A stretch of 64,000 bases of DNA from the human T2T-CHM13v2.0 reference genome, Homo sapiens (GCA_009914755.4 CP068257.2:27648001-27712000); one strand, 5' to 3'. Positions 40,147 through 55,980 are shown, counted from the stretch's first letter. Notes: generated from the sequence alone by a model not told the origin. A program made the numbers and translations.

Positions 40147-41877
40147 CTAGGTTTAGGGTTCTGTAAAACGTCCGTTTTCCCAAGACATCTCCTATGAAAA
40201 GGAGGCACTCCATGAGTGTTCTGTCTCCCCTTCTTTCTTGACTTAGTCTTTATGTATTGATTAGAAAAAATAAACAGTGTTGCGTCATTTTTATATAGCC
40301 TTATTTTTACATACATCTTTTTCTCTGGTCTGTTGTGGAGCTCAGGCTAACAAATATTTGGGTCCTTGTTAATGTCCTGCCTTTCAGAGGAATTCTCTTT
40401 TGGGTGGGGATGTGCTGGCTGTGCTGACTCCTAGCAGCATCCCTTGCTTTAGTTAGTAACTGCTACTAGCAGAGTATCAAGGCTGTGGCATTGGGACACA
40501 AATAGAAGTTAGGAGGAATATGGAGAAAGAATGTAGAAATCATTTGAGTATGACAGGTCTATGTGGGATATTCCCAGTTGGATACGGTTGGATAAACTGT
40601 AAACTAAGTCTACAGTTTAGCTTGTTGCTGTCCATGCCTACTTCTGTGAAACTGCAGCTACGGTTTTGGGAACAGGTTGTCTGTTAGTTTTGTAGCAGAG
40701 GTCAGAGTCAATGGTGCAATATCAAGAAAATGGTAAAAAAGGCCAACCTATGAACTAGCCATTGTTTTAAAAAAAGAACAACACATTTTATAATGGAGAT
40801 GTATTAACTATGGTTCATATTTTCAAATTATTGAATGAGACTTTACAAGTAAAGCAAAGTTTGATTCGTGGATTTAGGAGGAAAGGTATGTGCATACATG
40901 CATGTGTGTATGCATTCATTCATTCTTTCTAATTTAATGTGTAAATCATAAGTTTTCAAATATTTGAAGTGTTTCATTATAGTGACAGTGTCAAAATACC
41001 TTATAACTCACTATCCTAAAGACCTTTTTAGATTATTTTAACATATTTAAAAATTTTAATTGAAATTTTTATCGAGTGTATTAGGGTTCTCCAGAGGGAC
41101 AGAACTAATAGGATATATGTATGTATGAAGGGGCGTTTGTTAAGGAGAATTGGCTCACATGTTCACAAGGTGAAGGCCCATTATAGGCCACCTGCAAGCT
41201 GAGGAGGAAGGAAGCTAGTAGTGGCCCAGTCCGAGTCCAAAGGCCTCAAAAGTAGGGAAGCCAACACTGTAGAGCCTTCAGTCTGTGGCCAAAGGCCCAA
41301 GAGCCCTCGGCAAACCGCTGGTGTAAGTCTGAGAGTCCAAAGGCCAAAGAACCTGGCGTCTGATGTCAAGGGCAGGAGGCATCCAGCAGGGGAGAAAGAT
41401 GAAAGCTGGAAGACTCAGCAAGTCACCTATCCCACCTTTTTCCTCCTGTTTTGTTCCAGCCTCGCTGGCAGCTGAGTGGATGGTGCCCACCCATATTGAG
41501 GGTGGGTCTTCCTCTCCCAGTCCACTGACTCAAATGTTAGTCTTCTCTAGCAACGCCCTCACTGACACACCCAGAAACAAGACTTTACAGCCTTCAATCC
41601 AATCAAGTTGACATTTAATATTAACTGTCACACTGATGTTTTCATGTACAGATGTAAGAAACAATGCAGAGTTCCTTTTCACTTTGTCCAGTGTCCGCCA
41701 TTGATAACATTTTGCAAAATTGTAGTATAGTATTACAACCAGGATATTGATACAATCTCCCATAGCGTTCAGATTGCCACAATTTTGCTTGTACTAGCAT
41801 GTGTGTGTGCGGGTTAAGTTCTATATAATTTTATCCCCTGCGAAGGTTTGTGTATCCACCACCATAGTTAAGATAAC

Positions 41878-42161
41878 AGCCGGGCCCAGTGGCTCATGCC
41901 TGTAATCCCAGCACTTTGGGAGGGCGAGGCAGGCAGATCACCTGAGGTCAGGAGTTCGAGACCAGCCTGGCCAACATGGTGAAACCACATCTCTACTAAA
42001 AATACAAAAATTAGCCAGGCGTGGTGGCGGGCACCTGTAATCCCAGCTACTCGGGAGACTGAGGCAGGAGAATCACTTGCAGTGAGCCAAGATCGTGCCG
42101 CTGCACTCTAGCCTGGGTGACAGAGAGAGACTCTGCCTCAAAAAAAAAAAAAAAAAAAAAG
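41878..42161 (+). mobile_element. Alu (AluS-like) with ~20-bp internal deletion in the right arm, + orientation, 21-nt poly-A
   Basis: agccgggcccagtggctcatgcctgtaatcccagcactttgggagggcgaggcaggcagatcacctgaggtcaggagttcgagaccagcc...ggagaatcacttg^cagtgagccaagatcgtgccgctgcactctagcctgggtgacagagagagactctgcctcaaaaaaaaaaaaaaaaaaaaa. Confidence 0.95.
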
Positions 42162-42464
42162 GAACTGAACTTGCCAACACAAAGATCCCTTGTGTTGTCC
42201 TTTTATAACCACAGACATCTCCTGCCTACACTCCATGCCCTCATCCCCTTGCCCCCTTCCTCCGTGCCTAATCCATGGCAACCACTAATCTTTCTTCCTT
42301 TTCTAAAGTTTTGTCATTCTAAAAATGTTATATAAATGGAATTATGCAGTATATTACCTCTTAGGATTGATGTTGTTTGACTTAGCTGAGATTATCCAGC
42401 TTGTGTGTATCAGCAATTTATTCCTTTTTATTGCTGAGTAATATTCTGTAGTATGGATGTACCT

Positions 42465-42491
42465 TGTGTGTGTGTGTGTGTGTGTGTGTGT
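42465..42491. repeat. (TG)13 microsatellite
   Basis: accttgtgtgtgtgtgtgtgtgtgtgtgtgtagc. Confidence 0.9.
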
Positions 42492-42837
42492 AGCTTTTTA
42501 CCTATTGAAGGAAATCAGGCTAATTCTGGTTTTTGGCTATCACAAATAAAATTGCTGTAAACATTTGTGTACTGGTTTTTGTGTGAACATAAATTTGCAT
42601 TTCTCTGGGATAAAAGACCAGGAGTGCAGTTGCTGGGTTATATGGTAGTTGCATGTTTAGTTTTATAAGAAAGTTTTTTTCAAAGTGTCTGTACCATTTT
42701 ACATTCCCACTAGCAATATGTGAGTGATTTAGTTTATCGGCATTCTCATTAGCATTTGATGGTATCACTGCTTTTTATTGGAGCCTTTAAAAAGCCTAAA
42801 CATGGTTTAGCATGTTTATGTTTTTAAGAAGATCACA

Positions 42838-43200
<363 letters not shown>

Positions 43201-43948
43201 TTAATCCAGGATGATGCCTTCTGTGTACTGGAGTTGGTTCCATTTGCCTCTCACTTTAAGAGGCAGGTTTAATGTAAATGTGCAAGTTTCTACTTAAAAG
43301 TTTTGTTACTTCGAGTCCATGAATTTTTGCTGAAACAGTACCGAGGCATGATTTTTATAACTTCTCTTAGATCACTTTTAAAAATCTGAATCTTTAAAAC
43401 TTTTACTGTTAGGAATTTTTGACAGTAAAGTTAATAGTTACCAGTTAGTATGCATTTACCATGGATCAAGACTTTGTAACTGCTTTACAAATACTGTTTT
43501 ATATCCTTTAAAATTCTGCTTTTGTAGCTTGTAGCAGTTGGAGTTGTTTGGAATACAGTGGCCATGTGGAGCTGGGCTAGCAGTAGACTCACTATGTGTG
43601 GCAGGTAGTGTTCATCCTGCTCTAATTCATAGATGATTTTTTTTTTCACTATCATGGGAAAATTGTGGTAATGTCTTACATCTTTAACTTATGTGAGTAA
43701 ACCATAATTCATGTGCAATTAAGAGAGGACTCTATAAAATAGTGTGTGGTCCCTGTGAAAAGCATGCTTTTCCAGGATCTTTTTCTTTTACATTTCTTAG
43801 AAGAATATGTTTTCTTCAAATTAAAGTACATATTTTATAATTATCACAAATAAGTTACATATCTCTCTATTCCTCTTCTACTTATTTTGTTTTTATGTAC
43901 TAGACAGCTTTCAAATGATGTGTTTGTTTTTATTTTGTGTATCAACAG

Positions 43949-45283
43949 GTGACAGTTAAAGGATTTGAACCTTTAATTCAGTTTGCCTACACTGCTAAAC
44001 TGATTTTAAGTAAAGAGAATGTGGATGAAGTGTGCAAATGTGTGGAGTTTTTAAGTGTACATAATATTGAGGAATCCTGCTTTCAGTTTCTGAAATTTAA
44101 GTTTTTGGACTCCACTGCAGACCAGCAAGAATGCCCAAGAAAAAAATGCTTTTCATCACACTGTCAGAAAACAGACCTTAAACTTTCACTTTTGGACCAG
44201 AGGGATCTAGAAACTGATGAAGTGGAGGAATTTCTGGAAAATAAAAATGTTCAGACTCCTCAGTGTAAACTCCGCAGGTATCAAGGAAATGCAAAAGCCT
44301 CACCTCCTCTACAAGACAGTGCCAGTCAGACATATGAGTCCATGTGCTTAGAGAAGGATGCTGCTCTGGCCTTGCCTTCTTTATGCCCCAAATACAGAAA
44401 ATTCCAAAAAGCATTTGGAACTGACAGAGTCCGTACTGGGGAATCTAGTGTCAAAGACATTCATGCTTCTGTTCAGCCAAATGAAAGGTCTGAAAATGAA
44501 TGCCTGGGAGGAGTCCCGGAGTGTAGAGATTTGCAGGTGATGTTAAAATGTGACGAAAGTAAATTAGCAATGGAACCTGAAGAAACGAAGAAAGATCCTG
44601 CTTCTCAGTGCCCAACTGAAAAATCAGAAGTGACTCCTTTCCCCCACAATTCTTCCATAGACCCTCATGGACTTTATTCTTTGTCTCTTTTACACACATA
44701 TGACCAATATGGTGACTTGAATTTTGCTGGTATGCAAAACACAACAGTGTTAACAGAAAAGCCTTTGTCAGGTACAGACGTCCAAGAAAAAACATTTGGT
44801 GAAAGTCAGGATTTACCTTTGAAATCCGACTTGGGCACCAGGGAAGATAGTAGTGTTGCATCTAGTGATAGGAGTAGTGTGGAGCGAGAAGTGGCAGAAC
44901 ACCTAGCAAAAGGCTTCTGGAGTGACATTTGCAGCACGGACACTCCTTGCCAAATGCAGTTATCACCTGCTGTGGCCAAAGATGGCTCAGAACAGATCTC
45001 ACAGAAACGGTCTGAGTGTCCGTGGTTAGGTATCAGGATTAGTGAGAGCCCAGAACCAGGTCAAAGGACTTTCACAACATTAAGTTCTGTCAACTGCCCT
45101 TTTATAAGTACTCTGAGTACTGAAGGCTGTTCAAGCAATTTGGAAATTGGAAACGATGATTATGTTTCAGAACCCCAGCAAGAACCTTGCCCATATGCTT
45201 GTGTCATTAGCTTGGGAGACGACTCTGAGACGGACACCGAAGGAGACAGTGAATCCTGTTCAGCCAGAGAACAAGAATGTGAG
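43949..45283 (+). CDS. BACH1: BACH1 large coding exon (aa 79-523): VTVKGFEPLIQFAYTAKLILSKENVDEV... to ...SCSAREQECE. Contains the rest of the BTB domain plus a long Ser/Glu/Cys-rich low-complexity region with several Cys-Pro (CP) motifs
   Basis: Acceptor ...ttgtgtatcaacag|GTGACAGTT at 43947-43948. Open frame for 1335 nt (445 codons). Ends at GAG|GTGAGC donor (45284-45285). The track ORF (43937-45328) runs past both splice sites. Confidence 0.95.
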
Positions 45284-45434
45284 GTGAGCAGGAATATGTT
45301 CTTAATTCATTGTTTTAATAACCATTAATTGGGATTTACTGTGGATCAGCTCCCTTTGCATCATTAGGGATATAATCAGGTTCAGGGAGTGGGGAGGAAA
45401 CTCATACAAAATTAATTGTAAGACTGTGTGATAG

Positions 45435-45726
45435 GGCTGGGCGCAGTGGCCCACAACTGTTAATTCCAGCACTTTGAGAAGCCGAGGTGTGGGTGGATCA
45501 CCTGAAGTCAGAAGTTTGAGATCAGCCTGGCCAACATGGCGAATCTCCGTCTCTACAAAAATTAGCTGGGTGTGGTGGTGGGTGCCTGTAATCCCAGCTA
45601 CTCGAGAGGCTGAGGCAGGAGAAGCGCTTGAATGTGGGAGGCGGAGGTTGCAGTGAGCCAGGTTTGCACCACTGCACTCCAGCCTAGGAGACAGAGCAAG
45701 ACTGTCTCAAAAAATTTTTTAAAAAC
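45435..45726 (+). mobile_element. Alu (older, AluS/J-like), + orientation, with 11-bp TSD ACTGTGTGATA
   Basis: ggctgggcgcagtggcccacaactgttaattccagcactttgagaagccgaggtgtgggtggatcacctgaagtcagaagtttgagatcagcctggccaacatggcgaatctccgtctctacaaaaattagctggg...gagacagagcaagactgtctcaaaaaattttttaaaaac. TSD copies at 45424-45434 and 45727-45737. Confidence 0.9.
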
Positions 45727-46439
45727 ACTGTGTGATAAATACCAAAAGAGAGAGATGAAGTTTGAAGGACTTCTGTTCATTCGTTTCCAGTAGATATATT
45801 AACCATAAAGTAGGTTCACACATTGGCTGTGTTCACACATCGGCCATTTAATTGTTTAAATCAAATGCCATGCTGCAAGACAAAAAAGAATAATGATTCT
45901 ATGCTCATTATTTGATAACTCCTGGAAAAATGCAGCATATATTCAGTCTTGCTCATTGCCAACAAGAACCTCTAGACCTGGGACATGTCCCTGAGCAGTG
46001 GTTTAACAGTGATTAGTTGTAGGAATGTGACTTCTAGTGGAGTAAAGTTTATTGGATCTAGTTTTTCATGGCCATTGATTTTTAAATTTTCCTTTGGCCA
46101 TTTCAACTATTGATGAATGTCTTAATTTAGCATGAGTTACATGTAGCTGGTATGATATTAATCAAAGCAAGCTTGATTTGTATATTCTGTTTGTATTTGA
46201 TAGATCCTTTCTGTAAAATATTACTTATAAGTCCAATAATGACAAGGGCCTGTTAGTTCCTTCCAAAAATATATTAATTAAAATATTTTTTCTTTTTTTT
46301 GTTTTTATATTTTATGATTTTTTTTGCCTTTCAATAGTTGGCTTTTCTCTTTATAATCACAATTTACATTCTTTTTAAAAATTATTTTTCTATTTTATCC
46401 ATTGCATTTTTTCCCCTTTCTTGGGCTTTATTTGTTTTT

Positions 46440-46914
46440 TGTAAGAATACTTAACATGGGATCTACCCTTATAACAAAATTTTAAGTGTACGATACAGTA
46501 TTGTTAAGTATAAGCACAATATTGTACAGCAGATCTCTATAACTTATTCTTTTATGACTGAAACTTAACCCATCCAATTGCAATTCCCCATTTTTTCCCT
46601 CTCCCTAGCCCCTGGCAACCACCATTCTACTCTCTGTTTCTGTGAGTTTGACTGTTCTGTCTACCTCGTATAAGTGAAATCATGTTGGATTTACTCTCCT
46701 CTGTGTCTGGCTTATTTCACTTAGCATGATGCCTCCCAAGTTCTCCATATTGTAGGCAAATGGCAGGATTTCCTTCTTTTTATCAGGCTGAATGGTATTC
46801 CTTTGTGTATATACACCACGTTTTCTTTATCCGTTCATCCATCCATGGACATTTAGGTTGTTTCCATATCATGGCTATTGTGAATAATGCGGTAACGAAT
46901 ATGGCGGGGAGTAC
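46440..46914 (-). mobile_element. L1 (primate L1P-type) ORF2-region fragment, antisense orientation, in BACH1 intron 3
   Basis: ..ttttaagtgtacgatacagtattgttaagtataagcacaatattgtacagcagatctctataacttattc..cccctggcaaccaccattctactctctgtttctgtgagtttgactgttctgtctacctcgtataagtgaaatcatgt..ctggcttatttcacttagcatgatgcctcccaagttctccatattgtaggcaaatggcaggatttccttctttttatcaggctgaatggtattcctttgtgtatatacaccacgttttctttatccgttcatccatccatggacatttaggttgtttccatatcatggctattgtgaataatgc. This matches the well-known antisense L1 ORF2 segment. Confidence 0.8.
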
Positions 46915-47197
46915 AGACTGGGCACAGTGGCTCATGCCTGTAATCCCAACACCTTGGGAGGCTGAGGTGGGTAGATTGCCTGAGCCCAGGAGTTTGAGAT
47001 CAGCTTGGGCAACATGGTAAAACCCCATCTCTACAAAAAATACAAAAATTAGCCAGGCATGGTGGCATGTGCCAGTAGTCCCAGCTACTTAGGAAGCTGA
47101 GGTGAGAGGATCGCTTGAGCCTAGGAGGTTGAGGCTGCAGTAAGCCATGATTGTGCCACCGTACTCCTGCATGACAGAGACCCTGTCTCCAAAAAAA
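46915..47197 (+). mobile_element. Alu (AluJ/S-like, diverged), + orientation, abutting the L1 fragment
   Basis: gactgggcacagtggctcatgcctgtaatcccaacaccttgggaggctgaggtgggtagattgcctgagcccaggagtttgagatcagcttgggcaacatggtaaaaccccatctctacaaaaaatacaaaaattagccaggcatggtgg...ctgcatgacagagaccctgtctccaaaaaaa. Confidence 0.9.
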
Positions 47198-47376
47198 TAT
47201 GTGTAGATCAGTGCAGATATCCTTTTGAGATTGTATAGAAATTGGGATAGAGGCCTATGTTTTCTTTAATGTAAAATAAGTTCTCTGAAAAACTTAGATG
47301 TATACCTTCATCTTCCTAGGTTTGACTATAATTATAAAATACAGCAATAATTAGTAATATTTATTTCATATTCTAG

Positions 47377-47583
47377 GTAAAACTGCCATTCAATGCACAA
47401 CGGATAATTTCACTGTCTCGAAATGATTTTCAGTCCTTGTTGAAAATGCACAAGCTTACTCCAGAACAGCTGGATTGTATCCATGATATTCGAAGAAGAA
47501 GTAAAAACAGAATTGCTGCACAGCGCTGTCGCAAGAGAAAACTTGACTGTATACAGAATCTTGAATCAGAAATTGAGAAGCTG
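47377..47583 (+). CDS. BACH1: BACH1 coding exon (aa 524-592): [72 protein letters not shown] domain plus bZIP basic region
   Basis: Acceptor tatttcatattctag|GTAAAACTG. Basic region [17 protein letters not shown] is the CNC-bZIP signature. Ends at CTG|GTAAGT donor (47584-47585). Length is 207 nt, phase 0. Confidence 0.95.
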
Positions 47584-48033
47584 GTAAGTGTAAAAGTTTC
47601 TTGTTACTATTTAAATTCCACCACTTTCTTTTTTGTCAAGGAAATAGTTTTTAAATTTCTAGGTCAGATATAATGCTCAATTACTTATTTTAATATGTAT
47701 CAATTACCATTTTATCATTTTTACCATGATATGCTGTGATATGTAAGTGCTTTTTAAAAAGAAGGTTTTCAAATTAAGAATGACTTTACTGTCTACCTAA
47801 TCATTAGTGGTTGTGAATAGATTCAAGAAATTATAAAGCACTTTAGGTTCTCTGTTTTGTGTCTATAGAAGTTAATATTCCAGGTGTTCATTTAAATGAA
47901 CTGTGGACCTGAATAACTTGTTTTGGTTGATACCAAAACCAGACCAACCAGGATCTTTCATCTAAGGAAAAAAATTCTGATAGATATGGTGATATGAATT
48001 GAAAATATTAATATCTAATGGGATCCTAAGTGA

Positions 48034-48365
<332 letters not shown>

Positions 48366-49650
48366 GAATCTTATTTTCTATTCCAGCATCAAGACACAAA
48401 TTAACTGAAAATTGATTAGTTTACTCCTCTTTCTTTTTTCCGTTGGTGGAAGGAAGCATTGTATGAAAGAGGACAACTCTGATAGTACAGGCCAGCTAAA
48501 GCTAAGATATGGTAAAAGATAGCAAGGAAACAGCCTAGAAGTAGTAAAAACATTGCTTGAATATTCAATTTTGTGTCTATTAATTGTTGAAAGTTTAAAA
48601 GTTGGGATTGTGGCAAGTTTTCAAGCGTGAACATTCTAGCTATGAATGGCAATTAAACAGCAACAATTTAGGGAAAAAAATTGTGCCTCCAGGAGAAGTT
48701 GAAAAATAAAAAATTATTATTTATATATTGTACATATACTTTGTGTAAAAAGATAAAAAATCATAACTATATTAAAGAGATGAAGCATAACTAAATAAAA
48801 AATAGAGGAACTAGATGTTTTACAAATAGAGGCATGAGAGATGTTAAAAAAAAAAACAAAAAACCCAAACACCGACATGATATTGCTGAATAGTTAAAAT
48901 TGTTAAAACCAAGGAGGAAAAGTTTTCAATTCTATAGTACTTAGTACTTTTAGAGTGTGTATCAGTAATACCTTTAATAAACACTGGTGTTCTTTCTTAT
49001 TCAGTTTTGAATTAAACCCTTACCTGCCTTTAGAAGGAGTATAGCATTTTGAGCTTCAGTTTTTATTCTGTGCTGCAATACAGAGATGCTTTTTACACTG
49101 TTAGGTTATGCGAAGCTAGTGGAATGAAATCTACATAAAATTGTACTACTGAAGTTCTTAGTTATGCTTCTTAGTTCTTTTTCTTGCTCTTTCTCGTCTG
49201 CCAGCTATAATTTATAGTAGTTCATAGAGTTTATCCAGTTTTCTTACTCCTCTAAAAATAAAAATAAAAGCGAAACAAGACTATTCTAGTTTATTTCGTA
49301 ACTTTATTTTATAAATGGATACTAAGCAAATATGTTTGAGAGTAGCTATTATCCTTTAGAACTACTCTATTTCTTGGCTCAAGGGTTTTATTTTTTTGAT
49401 ACAAATCAGACATTGGTTTGCTAGATTATTGATATTGCTACTAAATTTCAGATATCTAGGATGAAGAAGCCTTGCTATCTTTGGGCTTTCTTCTCCCTCT
49501 GCCTTTCCTTCTTAGAGAGGTGGCAGATACAGTGGTTAAAATTGTGGGCTCTCAATCAGATGCTTAGTAACTTTGGGCAGGTTAATTTCTCTGTGACTTG
49601 GGGTTTTCATCGGAAAAATAGGATAATACTAGTTCCTACTTTATAGATGA

Positions 49651-50123
<473 letters not shown>

Positions 50124-50382
50124 TCCATTTTCCCTTTCTTAATTGACCTTCTTCCTAATGTCTCTGCCTAAACTGTAAACTCTGTGTTTGGTATATTGCT
50201 TCTGTCATCATAGTAAGGTTCCTTTCATATGGTCAGTGAATAACTACTGGTTAATTTTCAATACAAAGTAATATTTTGTTTCTCAACAGTTTTTATGAAA
50301 TCCAAAATCTGAATGGTCAGTATCCTGTTTAACTATTACATTAATTTGGACTCTTTGGCTTCAAGAAACAGACTTTTGATTG

Positions 50383-50408
50383 AAGAATGAATGAATGAAT
50401 GAATGAAT
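50383..50408. repeat. (GAAT)n tetranucleotide repeat
   Basis: gaagaatgaatgaatgaatgaatgaattt. Confidence 0.85.
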
Positions 50409-51972
50409 TTGTTGTAGGGAGATAGGTACCTCTCATTTAGAAGCTAGACAATGGAGCCAGGCCTCATAAATAACAGGGAACAGAAGTGGAAGACTCCTGG
50501 GAACCCAGGGACTTCTCTGTGCACCCGCTTCGCTCTCTATCCGAGAGTGGCTTTGTGTGTCACTAAGTGCACATGGGAAGGGTGGCTGTGGCACAATGCC
50601 TGAATAATTTCACTCTCTCCAGGGACTAATCCAGTCAGAGACTACTGTTTTAGTCAGTTCTGAATTCCCAAGGAGAGCATCTTACTGGCTGAATTCACTC
50701 AGGTATCCTCTTCTGTGACTAGCGAGCAAGAACAAAATAGAAGAGTCAAGACCCTCCTTTCTGGGCAGGCACAGCAGACATCTGATAGTGTCTCCTGCAC
50801 CTAGATAGGCGCCAGTCTGACTTCTAAAATAACCCCAGAGAAGTTGTGTTGGAATTTTTGTATCAGAGTGACTCATTTGTGTTTCATCTTCCTTGAAGTC
50901 TCTACTCAGTCCTTCACACTGCTCTCAGTTCTAGTGATTTGTACTGGCAAACTCCAGTTGCAGCGTGAGGGGTACATTACAAATTTCTGTACTGCGTAGA
51001 TGTCTTTCTCAGATAAACATAAACAGAAAATATGCTGCTTATTAGCTAATACGAATAAGAAAGCTGGCCCGTCTAGAAGGAAAAGAATTTGACGTTTAAG
51101 ATAGTTATTATGGTAAGAAGTTTACTTGGACCCTGGTTGTTGGGTGATGTTATGGATCTTGTCTTTTGTAAACAGAAAACTAGGAGGGTTACAGCCAGAG
51201 GTTTATACTTAGTAGCATGGAGAGTTGAGAAAGAGGAAGGAATGTGAACAGATATTTGTGTATATTTTAATCTCATTGAGATGTTACTTTTTGAAAGTAA
51301 CATGGCCAATAAACAAGCAGTATTCTTAGTCTTTATAGTCTAAAGATTATAACAAACCTATTTAAGGGAAATTGCTTGTTTAATAATTAAACAGCCATTT
51401 GCACATAGTGAATGACTGGTTGGCTTTAACATATTAATAGATTCACAGTATTTATTGCTCAGGTCTAAAAATATTCATGCAGAGGGCCCTATATTCTAGT
51501 TAGTTTGGTCTTAGGCTATTGGCTGTTTGTTTTCCTAGAAAGAAATCTTGGAACTTTTTGCAGTTCGTCCTGAGGGCAATGGCATAATAGATTCTGGATG
51601 GATCAGCATGTGATAAAAAGGGGTTTGATTACAATAGAATAATTATTCTAAAATGTTTGCAAAGTGGGTTAGTATTATAATTATGTATAAAGGAATAAAG
51701 GACACTTTTATTAAAGTCTCAGTGTGTTGGGACAAAGGGAGATGTGAGTTAGCATTTAGTAAATAAGGTATTTCTCAACAAGAAGTTCTGTCAGAGTCTA
51801 ATAGAACCTTTGAAGAAAAGGTGTTTATTTATTTGGTGGAAAAATGGATGGTATTGACTTTAGCATTTATTTTGAATTTTATAGTATGTTAGAGGTTAAG
51901 CATTAATTTAGCATTGCTTTTATTACAAGAACTGAATGCGCATAATGCATAAGCCAGTAACATGACTTTGGT

Positions 51973-52288
51973 TTTTTTTGTTATTTTTTTTATTTTTTTT
52001 ATTTTTTTTTTTGAGGCAGAGTCTCGCTCTTTTCGCCCGGGCTGGAGGTCGGTCTTGGCTCACTGTAAGCTCCGCCTCCTAGGTTCACACCATTCACCTG
52101 CCTCGGCCTCCCGAGTAGCTGGGACTACAGGCGCTGGCCACCATGCCTGGGTAATTTTTTTATATTTTTAGTAGAGACGGGGTTTCACTGTGTTAGCCAG
52201 GATGGTCTTGATCTCCTGACCTCTTGATCCGCCCGCCTCGGCCTCCCAAAGTGCTGGGATTATAGGCGTGAGCCACTGCGCTCGGCCG
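51973..52288 (-). mobile_element. Alu (AluY-like), minus orientation, with long interrupted poly-T head
   Basis: ttttttttgttattttttttattttttttattttttttttttgaggcagagtctcgctcttttcgcccgggctggaggtcggtcttggctcactgtaagctccgcctcctaggttcacaccattcacctgcctcggcctcccgagtagctgggactacaggcgctggccaccatgcctgggtaattttt...ggcgtgagccactgcgctcggccg. Confidence 0.95.
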
Positions 52289-54551
52289 ACTTTTAAAACT
52301 AACAATTATAAAGTCTTTGGATTCAGCTTCTGTTCAGTGTTTAACTTATGAAGCTCTTGTCTATGTAGCTTTCTTTACAAGGTCCAAGTTTATTCTTTTC
52401 TGGAAGATTAATTCAGAAGTTAGAAAATATACATATCTCTGATAACCATTTTAACCTCAGAGGTACCCTGAAATGAAGGGAGCCTCGCTTTTTGCAGAAA
52501 AATATTTACCAAAATGTATTTCTTTTAGAAAGTATCAAATATTGTTTTCGATATCAACTTGTAAGTGATCAGCAATCAGAATATTCACAAACACTTGCGC
52601 TCAGGGTTGAGGTGTTCAGACACCATTTTATTTCATTACTTTTGTCCATTATGATGGCACAGAAGTAAAACGACCTCATCCGTCCTTAGTGATTTGCATT
52701 TTGTGGTGAAGATTATATTTTATTAAAAATAAACCTGTCCTATTCACAACTAGTCACAATTTACTGGCTGCTCAACCAAAGCGCACCCCAGTGGCCCTTC
52801 CGGAACCTGCCCTCTGTCATTCCGTGTTGTCGTTGAGCAGCATTTCTTGAAATGTGGTGTGTGTCCCATTGGCATCATAGTTATCTTGGGGTGCCCCTTA
52901 AGGTGGACATTTCTTAGTCTATACCAGAGCTGTTGTTAAGGCCCTGGACCTTGCATTTGATACAAGTCCAAGATAAATGTCATGTACGTTTTAAATTCTG
53001 AGAACTCACTGCATGATAGCACTGAGGTCAGACGGAGGCTTTGGAGACAAATGACTGGAAAGCCTGCCTGGCCACTGGGTAGCTTTGTGGTCTGGGGCAA
53101 TTGCTTAACCTCCAGTACCCACATTCCCCCGTTACTAATGTGGGATAAGAGTAACAGCCACAGCGGGGTTGATGCAAGGATCTGATGAGATCAGGGATGA
53201 AAAGCTGTTTGTACTGCCCAGCACGTGTTCAGGGCTCAATATGTATTAGTTGTACTTTAAATAAAAGTGGTTCTCTATTCTTCCTATAAGTATTTGCTGG
53301 TGACCCTACATGTTAAATGTTGTGCTTGGTACCAGGATGTCAGAAATGAGTAAGACAGAATCCTCACTTACTTACAGTCTCATAGGGAGTCAAGTTCAAG
53401 TGTGTTCATTTTTTCTTGAGCTTCATGTCAGCACCCCCCACCCCATTCTAAAAATTTCAAGCTTTCAGAAAAGTTAAATGAATGGGTACCATAAGCAACC
53501 ATATACTCTGCATGTAGATTCTTTGATTTTTGACATTTTGCCACATTTGCTTTATTTCTCTATCTTGATCTTTCCGCCTTTGTCTCTCCACCTCAGATCA
53601 TCTGTCTATACCTGTTGGTTTGTCAGTCTTTGCACCTCTATCTCCGTCTATCCATCTTGGTCCTTTTTTAACCCCACTTGGTTGATCTTGGTCTCTCACC
53701 CCTTGGTGTCACTGTTGTTCCTGTCCTGCTGTCTTGCTGGCTGTCATTCCTCACTCTGGCTCTCTTCCTCTCCTTTTATTTTCTGAATTGTTTGAAAGCT
53801 ACCATATTATGACACTTCATCCTTAAATGTTTAAACATGCATCTTCTAAAAAGAGGCATTCTTAGATATGACTAATACCTTTATTATGCCTGAGAATTTC
53901 AACACATCCTAAATATTATATCTAGTTTTTATTCAAATTACTCTGATTTTCCCATCTTTCATAGATGCTTTTTTTTCAAACGAGGATACAGTCATCGTAT
54001 AATGCATTTGATTAAACCTGTTTAGTCTCTTAATCTAGAACAAGTACTCTCATTGTTTTAATGACAATAACTTTTTGAAGTATCCAGGCTGGATTTCTCA
54101 TAAATGTCTTACTTTAAGTTATTTGTCTGATTGCTTCCCCATGGCTTTAAGTCATTTCTCCATCCCTTTACTTCCCGTAAACTGGAAATGTTTGAGTTGA
54201 GGAGACTGAGTTTAAACATTCACTGGTGTTGTCCTTTATATTGTGTCGCCTAGGGAGGCAGGAGGTCCAGTGTCAGTATTGTCGTACCTGGGTAGCTGGG
54301 AAGTGCCAGATTGCTCCATTTTCAAAGTAATATTTTTTCAACCTGTGTTGCTTAGTTATCTATGATGTGTTACTTGGGCACTTTATAATTATCCCGTTCC
54401 CCAATACTCCTGCATCCTTTAGAATATGTTGATGACCTTCACTGTGATTACCATGATTACAAAATCATGATTTTTCTAAATCTTTCATTCTATTTACATT
54501 ATTTTAGTTGGTATTCCTGATTAAAAAGGATTGTTCTTCCTTTCTTTCTCT

Positions 54552-54861
<310 letters not shown>

Positions 54862-55527
54862 TTTTCTTGTTTTCTCTTTTCCCTCCCTCCCACTCTTTGG
54901 AATCACAGTGGACTCATGGATTAATTTTTTCTGATTCAATTTGTTAGGATAAGTAATAGTCATTATTCTTTTTGATGTTGACATTTTTCAAATTTGGCCT
55001 GGGAGAGCCCGTTCAAGCCAGCTCCTGTCCTGTTGACATAACCATCTAGCACTTGCCATGGTCTCACTTTTTAACCTCTATTGTTTCAAGATTTGGAATC
55101 ACCCATTTCTTTAAAACTCCTGGTTTCTTCTAGCAGTTATATTGGACTTTGGAAAGCCTACCTGCTGCTGGAGTATTATTCCTTCTGGGCCTTTTTCAGT
55201 GGACAGAGCTAGGAAATATATGCATCTGTGTATAAAATAAAGTTCATTATATCATGAATTCATATATATCAGGCTTCAGTAAATGAAAGTAAAAAGTACA
55301 TTAGAAATCCTGAGTTTATGTAGTATTTCCAGTCCAAATTTAGCAGTATAGAGCTTTTGTCTTCACTTCTGTGTTTATGTTTAATCTCTCATCATTTACA
55401 GGAAAAATTTTGGCTCCAATTACATTAGTGTATTGTTTCCTTTATAATATACAGTAAGTTCTCACTTAACATGAAATGATGGATAATGAAACCAGTTTTT
55501 TTCCTCATCAACTTTATAATGAAAGGA

Positions 55528-55980
<453 letters not shown>

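Noticed and set aside
39871-40316. 108-aa (+) and 100-aa (-) ORFs at 39.87-40.32 kb
   Set aside because: They fall entirely within a THE1-like MaLR LTR in BACH1 intron 2; repeat-derived, no coding evidence.
44451-44861. 136-aa ORF on the minus strand inside BACH1 exon 3 (and 78-aa ORF 44178-44414 minus)
   Set aside because: Antisense to a confirmed sense coding exon; no independent support; typical shadow ORF.
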